From Azolla caroliniana (taxonomy: Eukaryota > Plantae > Polypodiophyta), in the NCBI GenBank assembly GCA_043228905.1, contig JBHGNT010000020.1, forward strand, positions 4,588,001 to 4,652,000: a stretch of DNA of 64,000 bases, in the 5' to 3' direction. The notes beneath the pieces are model-generated. The model saw only the letters and a list, made by a program, of their open reading frames with translations. It was not told where the DNA came from and did no database searches. The translations under genes were made by a program, and so were the position numbers. Position 1 is the stretch's first letter, and each line of letters opens with the position of its first letter. Below, in pieces: positions 26,640 through 40,215 of this stretch.

Positions 26640-27666
26640 CATAAGGTCTACATGAAAATTCAAGAGGTGATGATGAAGCAACTTGGTTGCTTATCTTGGG
26701 ACCAAATGACCGAAGACTACCCGGCAACTTCCTCCTACAAGGCATTGTCGGAATATTTTATTGCATTTAAAGATTGAGTTAGTATTTCTCTTTATTTAGG
26801 TTTATAAGTATAATGTATGGTAAAGGTATTAAGTATTGGTTCCACTCTTACGTTGGTATTTGTAGAAACCTTTTCGAAGTAGCAGGAGAAGTAAAACATA
26901 TACACGACTTCCCAACTTCTTTTCTTGCACACCTTGAAAGGGCCCGTAAAGAGAAGGACCGACGCTTAATCAAAGTGTACGACGTTGATGACGACGACAC
27001 TTTCAAGAAGTTTAGCCACAAGAAAGATATCACTCGTGATTTATATTGTAATGTTTATTGCAGTGATGTGGCATATATGGTCCAAAAGCTCATGATCGTA
27101 GTCGTACCATATGGATTTCGTATGGCTAGATCATCATATCATGATGAACCATTTAGGTTCAAACAACTGCAGAAGATGGTAAAAGACTTCGCAGATTTGA
27201 CCACAATATCCTTGTGTAGAATCGTCGTGTTTCATTAGATGGATCAAGGATAATCTGTGGCTCAAGCCTTGAGAAGTCGTTGCCATGGAATTGAGGACCT
27301 TGCTTGGTAAGATATTTTACTCAACTTCTCCATTGTCTAACGTTTTGCTTTCTATTGTTTCTATTACAATTGATATGACATTGTGCCTTTTTGTTTTTTA
27401 ATTATACTTGGCAATATTAAGACCAATGTTGGTTCGTGAATTCGATAGAATATATAACTATTGGTTATTTCGATGAAATTAGAAAACAAAGGATAAAGGA
27501 GCATTCAAATGAGGTTGGGTGGTCAAATCTGTTGGTTTATCCAGCAGTTACGCGTAAATTACGACATGTCACCACAACAAAACGTGAACTTGTCAACTCG
27601 TACCAGAAACCTCAACGTTTGATAATGCGCCTGATCGAAATGTTTTCAAGCGAAGGTGATTGGATA
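26640..27666 (+). pseudogene. Spliced N6-adenine/N4-cytosine DNA methyltransferase-like fragment (beta-class motif order), truncated
   Basis: MIVVVPYG at 27092-27115 (decayed DPPY-type motif IV), later W|intron, E-Y-I-T-I-G, then VNSYQKPQRLIMRLIEMFSSEGDWI, typical of the segment just before motif I; in-frame stops present. Confidence 0.7.
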
Positions 27667-27995
27667 CCGGTAGGCCATTAGAGGCCTACGATCCTAACCT
27701 AGTATGTAGGCATATTTCTTGGAGTCAGTGTCAGTAGCTCGGTACGAACATTGAAGTACATATGAATACTTCTATTAGTCCTTTTAAGGACTTGTATAAA
27801 ACTGCTCACCGAGCACATTGTATGTACAGAGTGTTTATTATTTTGAAATTGAGTGTACTATTCTGCTATGTGTGTGTGTGTGTGTGTGTGTGTTTTGTGA
27901 AGCTTCCATTAGTTGCATATATTTTCTATTCATAACCGGTGAAGTCAGTTACGTCTACGAGCTTCCGCACGCAACTCATCACATGGTATCAGAGC
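27667..27995 (+). repeat. 5'-truncated copia family B LTR plus Met-i PBS
   Basis: Matches the 43575-43899 LTR segment; ends CACA at 27983; TGGTATCAGAGC at 27984-27995. Confidence 0.85.
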
Positions 27996-27999
27996 GGGA

Positions 28000-30453
28000 G
28001 GGTTGAAAATCCTCCATTGCCCTCTCGATTGCTTGGCCAATCGATTCGGCTCTTCCGAATCGAAAATTTCGATTGAATCGGTTGCTTCTTAAATTTGTTT
28101 CGACTCTTAACCGAATCAGATATCTCCAAGTTGTTCTCGATCTTTAGATCCTTCATGACATCAGACCACATCCGTGTCTTAGTCTTCTTGGCCTTGTTGG
28201 CTTTTCCTTTCCCTTTTCCGGTTGGCTTTGGTTCCGACTTCCCTTTGTGATCGCCCCCCCTACATAGATAACAAGTTTCCACTTGTCCGATCTATGTGCA
28301 CATGTCCATCCTGTTGCTAATTCGGTCCCTCTAGATGGGATCCGGATGAGACGGACCGGACGGATCCGTATGGATCCGGTGTGAACTGGATCCAGGGACA
28401 TATTTGTAAATAGGTTTCTAGTGTGCCTGTCATGGTCATATTTGTAAATAGTCCTAAATTCATTTAAGTATAAATATGAGTTAGGGCAATCATTTCTTAT
28501 GTGGTTGATGAATTGTTATTACTAAGAGAGAGATTGAGAAAGAGAGAATGCGAGATACAGAATGTTTTTGTATTGTAACTGCTAGTTGGCAAAGACATAG
28601 GGTTCGAGGTCATTGCCTCGAAGTCTCGCATTGTATCCTCTTCTTATCGTGATAGTTGGAGACTGTGGGCTGTCGTGGTTTTTTTCCATATTAGGGTTTT
28701 CCACGTTAACACCTAGTCTCGTCTCATTGTGTGTAAGTGCATCAATCTTTATTCTTATCTTTTGTTTTCTTCCATTGTGTGTTTAAGGCTTGGTTGTGGC
28801 CGAGCGTTATTTCCACACACATCCATCCTTGTCTTTTTCAGTCGATCCGAACACTCTGACTTCTTCAGTTGGACCGAAATCGAAATCGGTATCTGATTCG
28901 GTTTTTTGGAGATCGTCATCTCTCTCCTCCTTTTTGGCTTCACCTCTCCCCCTCAAGTTTGGCATATCGAGGTGCTGGAGACCAAGCAAACCTGAAAATT
29001 GCCGCAACTTGTCCAGACCAAGAGGTTTGGTGAAGATGTCGGAAGTCTGTCGATCCATCAGAACATACACTAGTTCAACTTCACCAGAGAGGACATTCTC
29101 ACGGACAAAATGGTAGTGCACCTCAATGTGCTTGGTCCGGGCGTGAAATAAGAGCTTTTTCGATAGCTGGATGCTGCTGAGGTTGTCGCAGTAGATCGTC
29201 ATCGGATCAAACACCTCCAACTATAGATCCTTTAGGAGCCTCGTCAACCATACAGCTTTGCATGTCGCGACAGCCGCTCCTCGATACTCGGCCTCGGTGT
29301 TCGACAATGTTACTGTCAGCTGCTACTTACTAGTCCAGGCAACCGTGACGCTTCCAAGTGAAAATGCATATCTGGATGTAGACCTACGGTTGCCGGCATT
29401 TCAAGCCCAATCAACATACATGTAGCCAACAAGTTGTCTAGCTAAACCGGTCCAATACAACATCTCCCTAGCCTTTGTGCCACTAACATACCTGAGTACT
29501 CAGTGTGCGCAATGAAGGTGCATCATAGTCGGATGCTCCATGAATTGATTAATCAGTCTGATCGGATAGCTGAGGTCTGGCCAAGTGATGGTGAAATATA
29601 TGAGGCTTCTGACTATTTGTTGGAACCTTCTCGAGTCGCATGTCGTTCCCGAGTCGGGGCAGAGCTTCACATTCCTATTCAGAGGAGTTGAGACAGACTT
29701 GCATTTCATCATAACAAATTTGAAGAGCCTACTCAACACATAGTGGCGTTGATTGATCAGTATGCCTTCCGGAGTGCAAATCACTTTGATCCTGAGGATG
29801 TAATGAAGGTCCCCGAGATCCTTCATTTTGAATGATGCCGAGAGTTTGGACTTGACGCGGTTGATTTTGTCCAGGGCAGCGCCGATAATGACTAAATCAT
29901 CACCGGCTCGTGCCGACCTTAGCGGATGAACAGGGAAGAGTCTGACCTTGATGCGGAAAACCCCATCCGACGCAGTCACTGCGTGATTTTCGTGTTCCAG
30001 GCACACGGGGCCTGCTTTAGTTTGTAAAAGGACTTCTTCAGTCGGCAAACAACAGACGTATTCATTCTAGACTGAAATCCAGGAGGCTAAACCATGTATA
30101 CTTGTTCCTCAAGATCACCTTGCAAGAACGCATTTTTCACATCCATTTGATGTCGATGCCACCGCTTCACCGCTACCACTGCAAGCAAGACACGTACGAT
30201 CGTCATCTTTGTAACCGGTGTGAACATCTCATTGTAGTTAATGTCGTGCTGGTGCAAATAGCCCTTGGCCACTAACCGGGCCTTGTATCGGTGGACGGAG
30301 CCATCAATGTTGTATTTAACCTTGTATACCCACCAACAACTGATTGCTTTCACTCCATTCGGTACATCCACCAAGTCCCACATCTCATTCTCCGTGAGTG
30401 CGTGCATCTCTTCCTCCATGGCCTTCTGGCAGTTCGGATCCTTAGCCGCTTCT
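28000..30453 (-). pseudogene. Copia family B RT/RNase H and 3' tail (interrupted by solo LTR)
   Basis: [34 protein letters not shown] and YCDNLSSI..ARTKHIEVHYHF; tail homologous to 11560-11640 and 43000-43150. Confidence 0.9.
28312..28819 (+). repeat. Solo LTR (Tork-like family)
   Basis: TGTTG...CACA termini, exact 5-bp TSD CATCC; similar to 30454-30995. Confidence 0.88.
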
Positions 30454-33360
30454 TGTGTGGAATAGCGCTCAGCTACAACCGAGTCTTAAACTCAATGGAA
30501 GAGCAAAGAAGAAATGAAGATTAATACAGTTACACAGACAACAGAGAGGACACATGATGTTTACGAGGAAAACCCTAATAGGGAAAAATCACAGGAGCCC
30601 ACACACTCTAATTATCTCTATGAGAAGAGGATACAATGCGAGACTCAGAGGCAATGACCTTGAGCTCTATGTCTTCGCCAACCGGCGGTTACAACAAAAA
30701 AAGCTTTCTATATCTCATACACACTCTCTCTCTCACTCTTTGTATCTCTACAACAATATCTCTACACACACAATCAATTATAAAGTGATTGCCCTAAGTC
30801 ATATTTATACTTATATGACTTTAGGACTATTTAAAAATATAGCCATGACAAGCACACCAGAAATATATTTATAGATATGTCCCTCGATCCGGTTCACACC
30901 GAATCCGTCTAGTCCGGTTCCTTCCTTCCACATCGTCGGATCTGGCTCCTCCAGTTCTCATCCAGATCCCATCCAGAGGGACCAAATTTGCAACAAGCTC
31001 CCCCTTCACTTCTCCATGGGATGTCTTGTCAATCGATCTGTCTCATGGGTTCACATCGAGCTTGTTAGCTTACAACACCTTGGTCAGCATGTCCGACCCG
31101 TTCTCCTCCGTATGGATTTTTGTCCATAAGAACTCTTTATCTTCTATCTTCTCCTGGAGCCAGTGATATCTCCTCTGGATGTGCTTGGTCTAGGAATGGT
31201 AGGCCATGTACTACGCGAGGTGGATGGCACTTTGATTGTCGTAGTAGAGCCGGAATTCCTCCTACTAGATCCCTAGCTCTTTGATGAAGTCCTTCATCCA
31301 GATTACCTCTTTACCAGCTTCTAGAGCGGCCATGTACTCCACTTCTGTTGTCGATAGTATAACGGAGTTTTGCAGCCTCGATTGCCATGATACGGCTCCC
31401 CCCACATAAGTCATGACATATCCGGATGTAGACTGGCTAGTATTCGCATCAGGTGACATATCCAAATCCGTGAATCCTTCAATTTGGGGTTTTCCTGAGC
31501 CGAATCAGAGGCACATACTCGAGGTGCCTTTCAAGTACCGTAGTATCCACTTGACCATAGTCTAGCATTCTCTTCTCGAATTGCTCATGAACCGGTTGAC
31601 CACTCCGACAACATATCCGATATCGATCGGGTACACACCATTGCGTACATCAAGCTTCCGACGACAGAGGCATATGGTATCCTTCATCATCTCCAACTTC
31701 TCTCCCTTTGTCTTCGGGCTCTACTTCCCGGGTAGCTTGCAGTTTGCCGAAAGTGTTGACCCGACCAGCTTAGCATCTGACATGTTCAACTGTTGAAGCA
31801 CCATTGTTACATACATCCCCTATAATAGCCAAAACTGTTTCTTCGACTGGTCTCAGACTATGTGCATCCCCAATATCTGTCTCGCTAGACCCAAATCTTT
31901 CATTGAGAAGGTCCGGTTCAAGGCCTTCTTCATATTTCTAATTTTGATCTGGTCTGGTCCAACGATCAACATGTCATACACATATAGCAAGAGTATCAGG
32001 AAGTCTCCTCCGTCAAACTTCTTCACAAATACGCAATGGTCGGCCTGCATCTTGTGGTATCCTTGATAGGTCATGAAGGAGTCGAACTTCTTGTACCATT
32101 GTTGGGGAGCTTGCTTCAGTCAATATAAGCTCTTCTTCAACCGGCATAGCAGGTGCTCCTTCCCTTTCTTTTCACACCCCTCCGGCTGTTGTATGTAGAT
32201 CTCTTCTTTGAGGTCTCCATGTAGGAACGTCGTCTTGACATCTAGTTGCTATACCTCGAGGTCCATGGTTGCCGCTATGCTCAACACAGTCCGGATGGAT
32301 GTCATCTTTACCACTGGGGCAAAGATCTTATCGAAATCCACTCCTTTCTTCTGCTCGAATCCCTTCACCACAATGCGGGCCTAATACCTTGGTGAATTTC
32401 AAGCGTCTCCCGGTTTCAGCTTGTACACCCACTTGTTCCAGAGTGCTCTCTTCCCTTTCAACAGCTCCGTCAGCAGCACATGCCCTCCATCCGGAAATCT
32501 CCGGGGGGGCCTTCTCTCTCATAGGGTATCTTCTTCCTCGGTTCAAATCCACTAGTTCCTTCGTCTATTGTTCATCCAAATCTGATTCAAGGTCTTGTCC
32601 GGTTCTAGTGTCCAAATCTTCTTCTTCTTCGATCGGTTCGGTCTCTTGTCCAAATTTGGCCGGTTCATCATGGTCTTCGGCTGGCATCCGGCTTCCGACC
32701 GGATGTATCCTTGCATTTTCTAACCAAACTTTGTCGGTCGACCCAGAGTTTGTTATCTTCTTTTTCGACTCCCAGTCGGCAATGGTTTTGTCTTCCATGA
32801 AGACTATGTCATGACTCCGGAAGACCTTCTTGTCAACCAAGTCCCTCATCGACGTATCCAAGGAATATGCATGCCGGGACTTCGGATCCAACTTTTCTCT
32901 CTTGTCCTTTGCAACATGCACACAAGCGAGACAACCAAACACCTTCTGATGCCGGTAAGACATGTCTTTACTAGTCCATACTTTCTGCAGTGAGTCTCCT
33001 TCCAAGGGCGCTGAGGGTGATTTGTTTATCACGTACGTCATTGTTATCAATGCCTCATCCCAAAACTTCTTGGGCAGCTTAGCATGTGCCAATATGCTCT
33101 AATTGTCTCCGTCACAGTCCTGTTCATCCTTTCGGCCAATCCGTTCAGTTCCGGCATTTCAACGCAATAAATTCAAACCGGATTCCCTTCGACCGACAAT
33201 ACTCCTCAAACTAAGCCCGGTATTCTCTTCCGTTGTCCGCTCGAACTGCCTTCAGCTTCCAACCGGTTTCCCTTTCTACTCTCGCATGGAAGTCCTTGAA
33301 GACGAATAGTACTTCATCATTCGTCTTTAGCGGTGAGACCCAAAGCTTCCGGTTGTAGAC
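30454..33360 (-). mobile_element. Truncated Tork-like copia (3' LTR 30454-30995, PPT, RNase H, RT, integrase part)
   Basis: PPT adjacent to the LTR; colinear with the more intact copy at 35322-37800; joined to family B integrase near 33360 with no 5' LTR. Confidence 0.88.
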
Positions 33361-34608
33361 TTCGCTCTCTTCTTCTCGATCAAATAGATCCAAGTGTGTC
33401 GACTGAAATAATTGATGAAGGAGATGAAATACCAACTCCCGCCTACGCTCACATTTTGTATCGGTCCCAACACATCCGAATGAATAAGATTGAGCTGATT
33501 CCGGCTCTGATTGATCTCATTGGGGAATGGAAGCCTATGCTGCTTCCCGAGTTGGCAAGCTTCACATATTTGGTCTTTCCGGCCACTGAACTTCGGTAGT
33601 CCAGAAACTATGTGTTCCAACTGCAAGTCCTAAAGCTTCTGAAAGTTGATGTGGCCGATCCGTTTATGCCACAGGTCGATGTCGGACTCGACCATTCTGC
33701 CCATTTGCGAACATATCGGTGCCAACATCGTTAGTTTTGAGGAGGAGCATTCTTCCACCCCGGCGCCCTTGAGCGATGATCCGGCCTTCCTCCTCGATGA
33801 AGCATCCATGGTGAGTGAACAAGTTATTGGTGATTGTCAGTAGATGTAGGACGTTCCTCATGATTCCCTTCTAACCAACATGGCTCAGAGGAACATCTCC
33901 GATGTGCTCGACGGGATGTGGGGTCCTCGGTTTCGACTACCCCTGGCTTCTTCGGCTTCTCGAGAAAGGAGAACCACTGTTTGTGGTTCGTCATGTGGTT
34001 TGAAGCTCTGGAGTCCACATACCAAACTTTGTTCGACTTCGAGTCGGATACTCCCATCGGGTTGGCCTTATGCTTCATTATGAGGGTTGGTCCCACCCCG
34101 CTCTCTTTGAGCTTCTGGCGAACGGCGATCGATGACACCTATTTGCATCTTTCCGGTTCAATCCGGCCTTGTCCGAATCGTCTCTCTTCTTCCAACACTG
34201 GCTTTCTCTGTGGCCCTTCCAACCACAATACCAACATTCTGTGTCAGCCTTCCCTTGCCGGTTTTCAGCGCCGCTTTGAGTCCCCCTGTTTTCGGAGGGT
34301 CCGAAATTGCTATCGGCACCATCTTTGTGCCTCCAATTCTACTCTTGTTGGCCACCTACATTGCATGACGATTTGCCCCGACCACCTCGACCATGGGGCC
34401 TCTCTGCCTCCATGTACAACATCTTGTTGTCAATGTGCTTTCTCGTCGATGCACCCACGTGGTTCTCTTCTACAAGGAGCATGGACTGTAAGTAGAAAAA
34501 AGAGGGTGTATTCTCCCTTGTACATACCGCAGTCTGGAATGCTCCGAACTTCCACGCCAGGCCCCCAAGACAGACCTGCACCATCTCATCCTCCTCGATG
34601 GTCACGTT
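33360..34608 (-). pseudogene. Copia family B gag/protease/GAG-pre-integrase/integrase start (continues 40216-40560)
   Basis: WYVDSRASNHM protease, ICEACQLGKQHRLPF, LIHSDVLGP; gag EDEMVQVCLGGL. Confidence 0.85.
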
Positions 34609-35321
34609 TGACGGGAACTGAACGTTCGTTAATGCGCAATGCTCGGCCACGCCCGAGCTTAGAATGATACATAGAAAACGGGAAATAAAATGCGACACAA
34701 AGAAGAAGAGAATTCACAGGAGGTTTACGTGGAAAACCCCAAACTAGGGGAAAAACCACGGCAGCCCACAGGCTGCAAACTGTCACTATGTAAGAATGTA
34801 CAATAGTGAGTTCACTGAGGCAATGACCTCGTGCTCACAGATCTTCGCCACAGGCGGCGGTTACAACAGAGGCAACGACCTCTTTCTCTCTATCTCTCTC
34901 TGTACACAGTTACACGCTCTCTCTATTCTTTTTCAAACAAGAATGACAACAACCTAAAAGTTTGCCCTAAGTCATATTTATACTAATATGACTTTTCAGC
35001 TATTTACAAATATAGTCTCGATGGACTCTCAGAAACATATTTACCAATATGTCTCCTCATCCAGTTCATACCGGGTTTGCACTATCCGGCTCTCCATAGC
35101 CGGGTACTCCTCATCCGGTTCATACCGGGTCTGAACCATCCGGCTCTCCGTAGCCAGGTCCTCCTCATCCGGTTCATACCGGGTTTGCACCATCCGGCTC
35201 TCCGTAGTCGGGTACTCATACGGTTTCGGCCTCGGCCTATCGGCCTCGTCCGAGCTTGTTCACCAGTAGTGTTCTTCTCCCTTTCCATCCGGAGGGACCT
35301 GTCTCCCAACAAACTCCCCCT

Positions 35322-38300
35322 TCACTCCGGCATGGGGTGTCTTACCAGTCCAATCCTCTTCCGGCACGCGCTCAGCTTGTCGGATGTCAGCACTTTGGTC
35401 AGCATATCTGACCCGTTCTCGGCCGTGTGGATCTTCGTCAGTGCGAACTCTTGGTCATCTACTCTTTCCCGGATCCAATGATACCTCCGTTGGATATGCT
35501 TCGTCCGAGAATGGTAGGCCGCATTCTTAGCAAGGTGGATGACACTTTGACTATCGCAATAGAGTCGGTATTCCTCTTGCCGGATACCGAGCTCTCTGAT
35601 GAAGTCCTTCGTCCATAATATTTCCTTGCCGGCTTCCATAGCCGCCATGTACTCCGCCTCTGTGGTTGACAATGCAACCGTCTTCTGCAGCCTCGACTGC
35701 CACGAAACAGCTCCCCCTGCATATGTCATTACATACCTGGATGTAGACCGGCTGGTTCCACATCAGCCGACATGTCCGAATTGGTGAAACCGTCCAGTTG
35801 AGGTTTTTCGGAGCCGAATCGGAGACACATATTTGTAGTGCCCTTTAAATACCGAAGTATCCATTTGACCGCGTTCCAGTGCTCCTTGCCGGGATTGCTC
35901 ATGAGCCGGCTCACCACTCCGACTGCGTATCCTATATCCGGTCTGGTACACACCATTGCGTACATCAAGCTCCCAACGGCAGAGGCATATGGAATCTTCA
36001 TCATATCCGTCTTCTCTGCTTTCGTCTTTGGGCTTTGCTTACCGGATAGCTTGCAGTTTGCCAGAAGTGTCGATCCGACTGGTTTCACATCTGACATGTT
36101 GAACCGGTGAAGCACCTTTGTCACATACTTCTCCTATGACAGCCATAATTGCTTTGCTGACCGGTTCCGGATGATGTGCATCCCCAGCATCTGCCTTGCC
36201 AGACCCAAGTCTTTCATTGAGAAGGTCCGGTTGAGAGCCTTCTTCAGCATCTGTATTTTGACTTGGTCCCGTCCGACGATCAACATGTCATCCACGTACA
36301 GAAGGAGTATCAAGACATCTCCTCCTTCCAACTTCTTCACAAACACACAGTGATCGGCCTGCGTCTTGTGGTACCCTTGATCGGTCATGAAGGAGTCGAA
36401 CTTCCGGTACCATTGTCAGGGAGCCTGCTTCAGTCCGTACAGGCTCTTCTTCAACCGGCATACCAGGTGCTCCTTCCCTTTCTCCACGAAATCTTCCGGT
36501 TGCTGCATGTAGATCTCCTCTTCGAGATCGCCGTGAAGGAATTCCGTCTTCACATCCAACTGCTCTACCTCGAGGTCCATGCTTGCTGCTATACTCAGCA
36601 CCGTCCGGATGGAGGTCATCTTTACTACCGGGGCAAATATCTCGTCGAAGTCCACGCCCTTCTTCTGCTGGAACCCCTTCACCACGATCCTGGCTTTGTA
36701 TCTCGGGGGGTTGCCGACATCTCCCAGTTTCAACTTGTACACCCACTTGTCTCAGAGTGCCCGCTTTCCTTTCGACAACTCCACCAATTCATACGTATGG
36801 TTCTCATGCAGGGAATCCATCTCATCCTGCATGGCACTTAACCATTTTCGGCTGTGGGTGTCTTCCTTCACTTCTTTGAAGCTTTCCGGCTCCCCCTCAT
36901 CGGTCAGCAGAATATGATCTGCATCCGGAAATCTCCGGGGGGCCCTTCTCTCTCTAAGAGGATATCTCCGTCTCTGGGCTTCGGTGACCGGCTCATCCAT
37001 CTGCTCTTCATCCGAATCCGATTCGGGGTCTTGGCCGGTTCCGGTTTCAGCTTCCTCTACTTCTTCTTCAGCCTGTTCGGTATCCTCACCTTAACCGGCT
37101 GGTCCCTCCAGTGCTGACCAGTCTCTTGCCGGTTGGGTCTGCTCATTGTAGAGTCTATCCTTACCGGTCGACTCGGAGTTCATTATCTTCTTCTCCGACT
37201 CCCAGTCGGCGAGCGTCTTGTTCTCCATGAAGATAATATCTCGACTCCGGAATACCTTCTTGTCGACAAGGTCCCACACTCGGTAGCCGAACTCATCGTC
37301 ACCGTAACCGAGGAATATGCATGGCCGGGTTTTTGGATCTAGCTTTCCTCTCCGGTCCTTAGCTACATGCACGTACGCGAGACACCCGAACACCTTCAGA
37401 TGCCGGTAGGATACTTCCTTACCGGTCCACACTCTCTGTGGCGTGTCTCCATCCAAGGGTACTGAGGGTGATCTATTTATCACATATGTCGCCGTCAACA
37501 GTGCCTCAGCCCAAAACTTCTTGGGTAGTTTTGCATGCGCTAGCATACTCCGGACCCTCTCCATTATGGTCCGGTTCATCCTCTCGGCCAGTCCGTTTAG
37601 TTCCGGCGTCTTCGGCACAGTAAATTCGAGCCGGATTCCCTTCGAGCGGCAGTACTCCTCAAACTGCCCCCGGTACTCTCCTCCGTTATCTGCTCGAACC
37701 GCCTTCAGCTTCCGTCCAGTTTCTCTTTCCACTCTCGCGTGGAGCTCTTTGAAGACGGATAACACCTGATCCTTCGTCTTCAACGGTGTGGCCCACAGCT
37801 TCCTGCTGTGGTCATCTATGAACGTCACGAAATACTGCGCTCCAGCATGTGACTTCGTGTCTACTTGACACACATCCGTATGCACCAACTCTAGTGGTGC
37901 ATTCCGTCTCATCGGTGGCCTTGGTCGGAAGGAGGTCCGGTTCTGCTTACTGGCCAGACAATGAGTGCACTTCTCTAAGTGCACGTTCTTCACTGGAATG
38001 AGGTTGTCGTCTGCAAGCCTCTTCATCCCCTTCTCGCTCATATGACACAGCCTCTTGTGCCACAGCTCACCGGCAGTGTCGGAAGCCACGTTCACTTCTT
38101 CCGGGCATAACCGGGCATTCATCAGGTACAGTGTGTTTACCTTCCGGGCCCGAGCCACAATCAGGCTCCCTTTGCTGAACTTCATGACGCCGTTCCGGAT
38201 GCTACCCGTGTAGCCCTCATCATCTAGCCGACCGGCTGATATCAGGTTCAGTCGAACCTTCGGAACGTGTCAGACATCCTTCAGCAGCAACTTGCATCCG

Positions 38301-39366
38301 GTTGGTGTTGTCAGCCACACGTCTCCTCTGCCGACAATTCGGCATGTACCTTCATTCCCCATCCGGACACAACCGTGATCACCGGCTGAGTAGGATGAGA
38401 AGCATTTTCGGTCCGGGGTAAGGTGGAACGACGCTCCGGAGTCTACCACCCAGGTTGTCTCGTCGCCGGCAAGGTTTATCTCACTCTCCTCGGTGATGAG
38501 CATCAACTCTTCTTCACTTGCCGCGATTGCCGTCGTTCCCTTCCGGTCCGCCCCCCTCCGGTCTTTACCGTTCCGGTCCAGGGTCCACTTCGAATCGGTA
38601 CCGTCGGTTTCCTTGTCTTTTCGGAAATGCCGACAGTTCTTTTGGAAGTGTCCCGGCTTGCCGCAATAGAAGCAAGTAGGCCTCCCCCTTGACTTTGACC
38701 GTGTCCCCGACTTTCCCGGTTCTGGAGACTACGGTTTCTATGTCTTCCGCGTTCTGATTCGGTAAGGAGCGCTTTGGAGTCGGAGCTCGTATCTTTATCC
38801 TTCCGACGCGCCTCCTCATTTAGCAAGCTCAACTTTACTCTTGCTAGGGATAACCGTTTTCCTTCCGGCCCGGCGTTGCCCAAAGTGACAACCAACGTCT
38901 CCCAGCTATCCGGGAGGGAACCGAGCAGGAGTAGCACTAGTACCTCATCGGCGAGAGGTACTTCCAATGAAGTTGCCTGGTGGATCAGCCCCTGGAAGGC
39001 ATTCATGTGCTTCGCCATGCTGGAGCCATCTTGGTACCGGAGTCTTACTAGCTTCCGGAATACCGACACCTGATTGACAACATTTTTGTTCTGAAACATT
39101 ATGCCGATCTTCTCCTAGAGCTCATGAGCCTTGCTCTCTTCATTGAAGTTGTTGTACAGGCTCATGTCGATGAAGCACCGTATGTACGTCGTTGTCTTCA
39201 TGTGCATCACCTCCCATATCGCGGCGTCGATTTTGTCCGATCTCTTGTCCCCGAACTGAACCGGCAGCCAGAGGTCTTTAACCACGAGCATGTCCCTCAT
39301 CTTCGACTTCCACACTGAATAGTTGGAGCCGGTGAGCTTGAACATGCCGCCAAACGATTCGTCCAT
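35322..39366 (-). pseudogene. Copia gag-pol polyprotein with several stops and frameshifts
   Basis: MFKLTGSNYSVWK, WVVDSGASFH, LWHKRLCHMS, ELNGLAERMNRT, YVDDML and SRTKHI motifs. Confidence 0.95.
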
Positions 39367-39840
39367 TTTCTGTGTCGATTTCGCTCTGATACCAATTGAC
39401 GGGAACTGAACGCTCGTTAATGCGCAACGCTCGGCCATGCCCGAGCTTAGAATGATACACAGAAAACGGGAAATAAAATGCGACACAAAGAAGAAGAGAA
39501 TTCATAGGAGGTTTACGTGGAAAACCCCAAACTAGGGGAAAAACCACGGCAGCCCACAGGCTGCAAACTGTCACTATGTAAGAATGTACAATAGTGAGTT
39601 CACTGAGGCAACGACCTCGTGCTCACAGATCTTCGCCACAGGCGGCGGTTACAACAGAGGCAACGACCTCTTTCTCTCTATCTCTCTCTGTACACAGTTA
39701 CACGCTCTCTTTATTCTTTTTCAAACAAGAATGACAACAACCTAAAAGTTTGCCCTAAGTCATATTTATACTAATATGACTTTTCGGCTATTTATAAATA
39801 TAGCCTCGATGGACTCTCAGAAACATATTTACCAATATGT

Positions 39841-40120
39841 CTCCTCATCCGGTTCATACCGGGTCTGCACTATCCGGCTCTCCATAGCCGGGTACTCCTC
39901 ATCCGGTTCATACCGGGTCTGAACCATCCAGCTCTCCGTAGCCGGGTCCTCCTCATCCGGTTCATACCGGGTCTGCACCATCCGGCTCTCCGTAGCCGGG
40001 TCCTCCTCATCCGGTTCATACCGGGTCTGCACCATCCGGCTCTCCGTAGCCGGGTACTCCTCATCCGGTTCATACTGGGTCTGCACCATCTGGCTCTCCG
40101 TAGTCGGGTACTCCTCATAC
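39841..40120. repeat. 54-bp tandem repeat, 5 full units (3 units at 35053-35214 in the other LTR)
   Basis: CTCCTCATCCGGTTCATACC unit starts at 39841, 39895, 39949, 40003 and 40057. Confidence 0.95.
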
Positions 40121-40215
40121 GGTTTCGGCCTCGGCCTATCGGCCTCGTCCGAGCTTGTTCACCAGCACTGTTCTTCTCCCTTTCCATCCGGAGGGACTTG
40201 TCTCCCAACAACGTT

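Larger units (their letters stand above)
34609..40210 (-). mobile_element. Full-length Tork/Tnt1-like copia element (5' LTR 39397-40210, 3' LTR 34609-35311)
   Basis: Exact TSD ACGTT; Met-i PBS at 39383-39394; PPT at 35312-35326; all domains in gag-PR-IN-RT-RH order. Confidence 0.97.
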
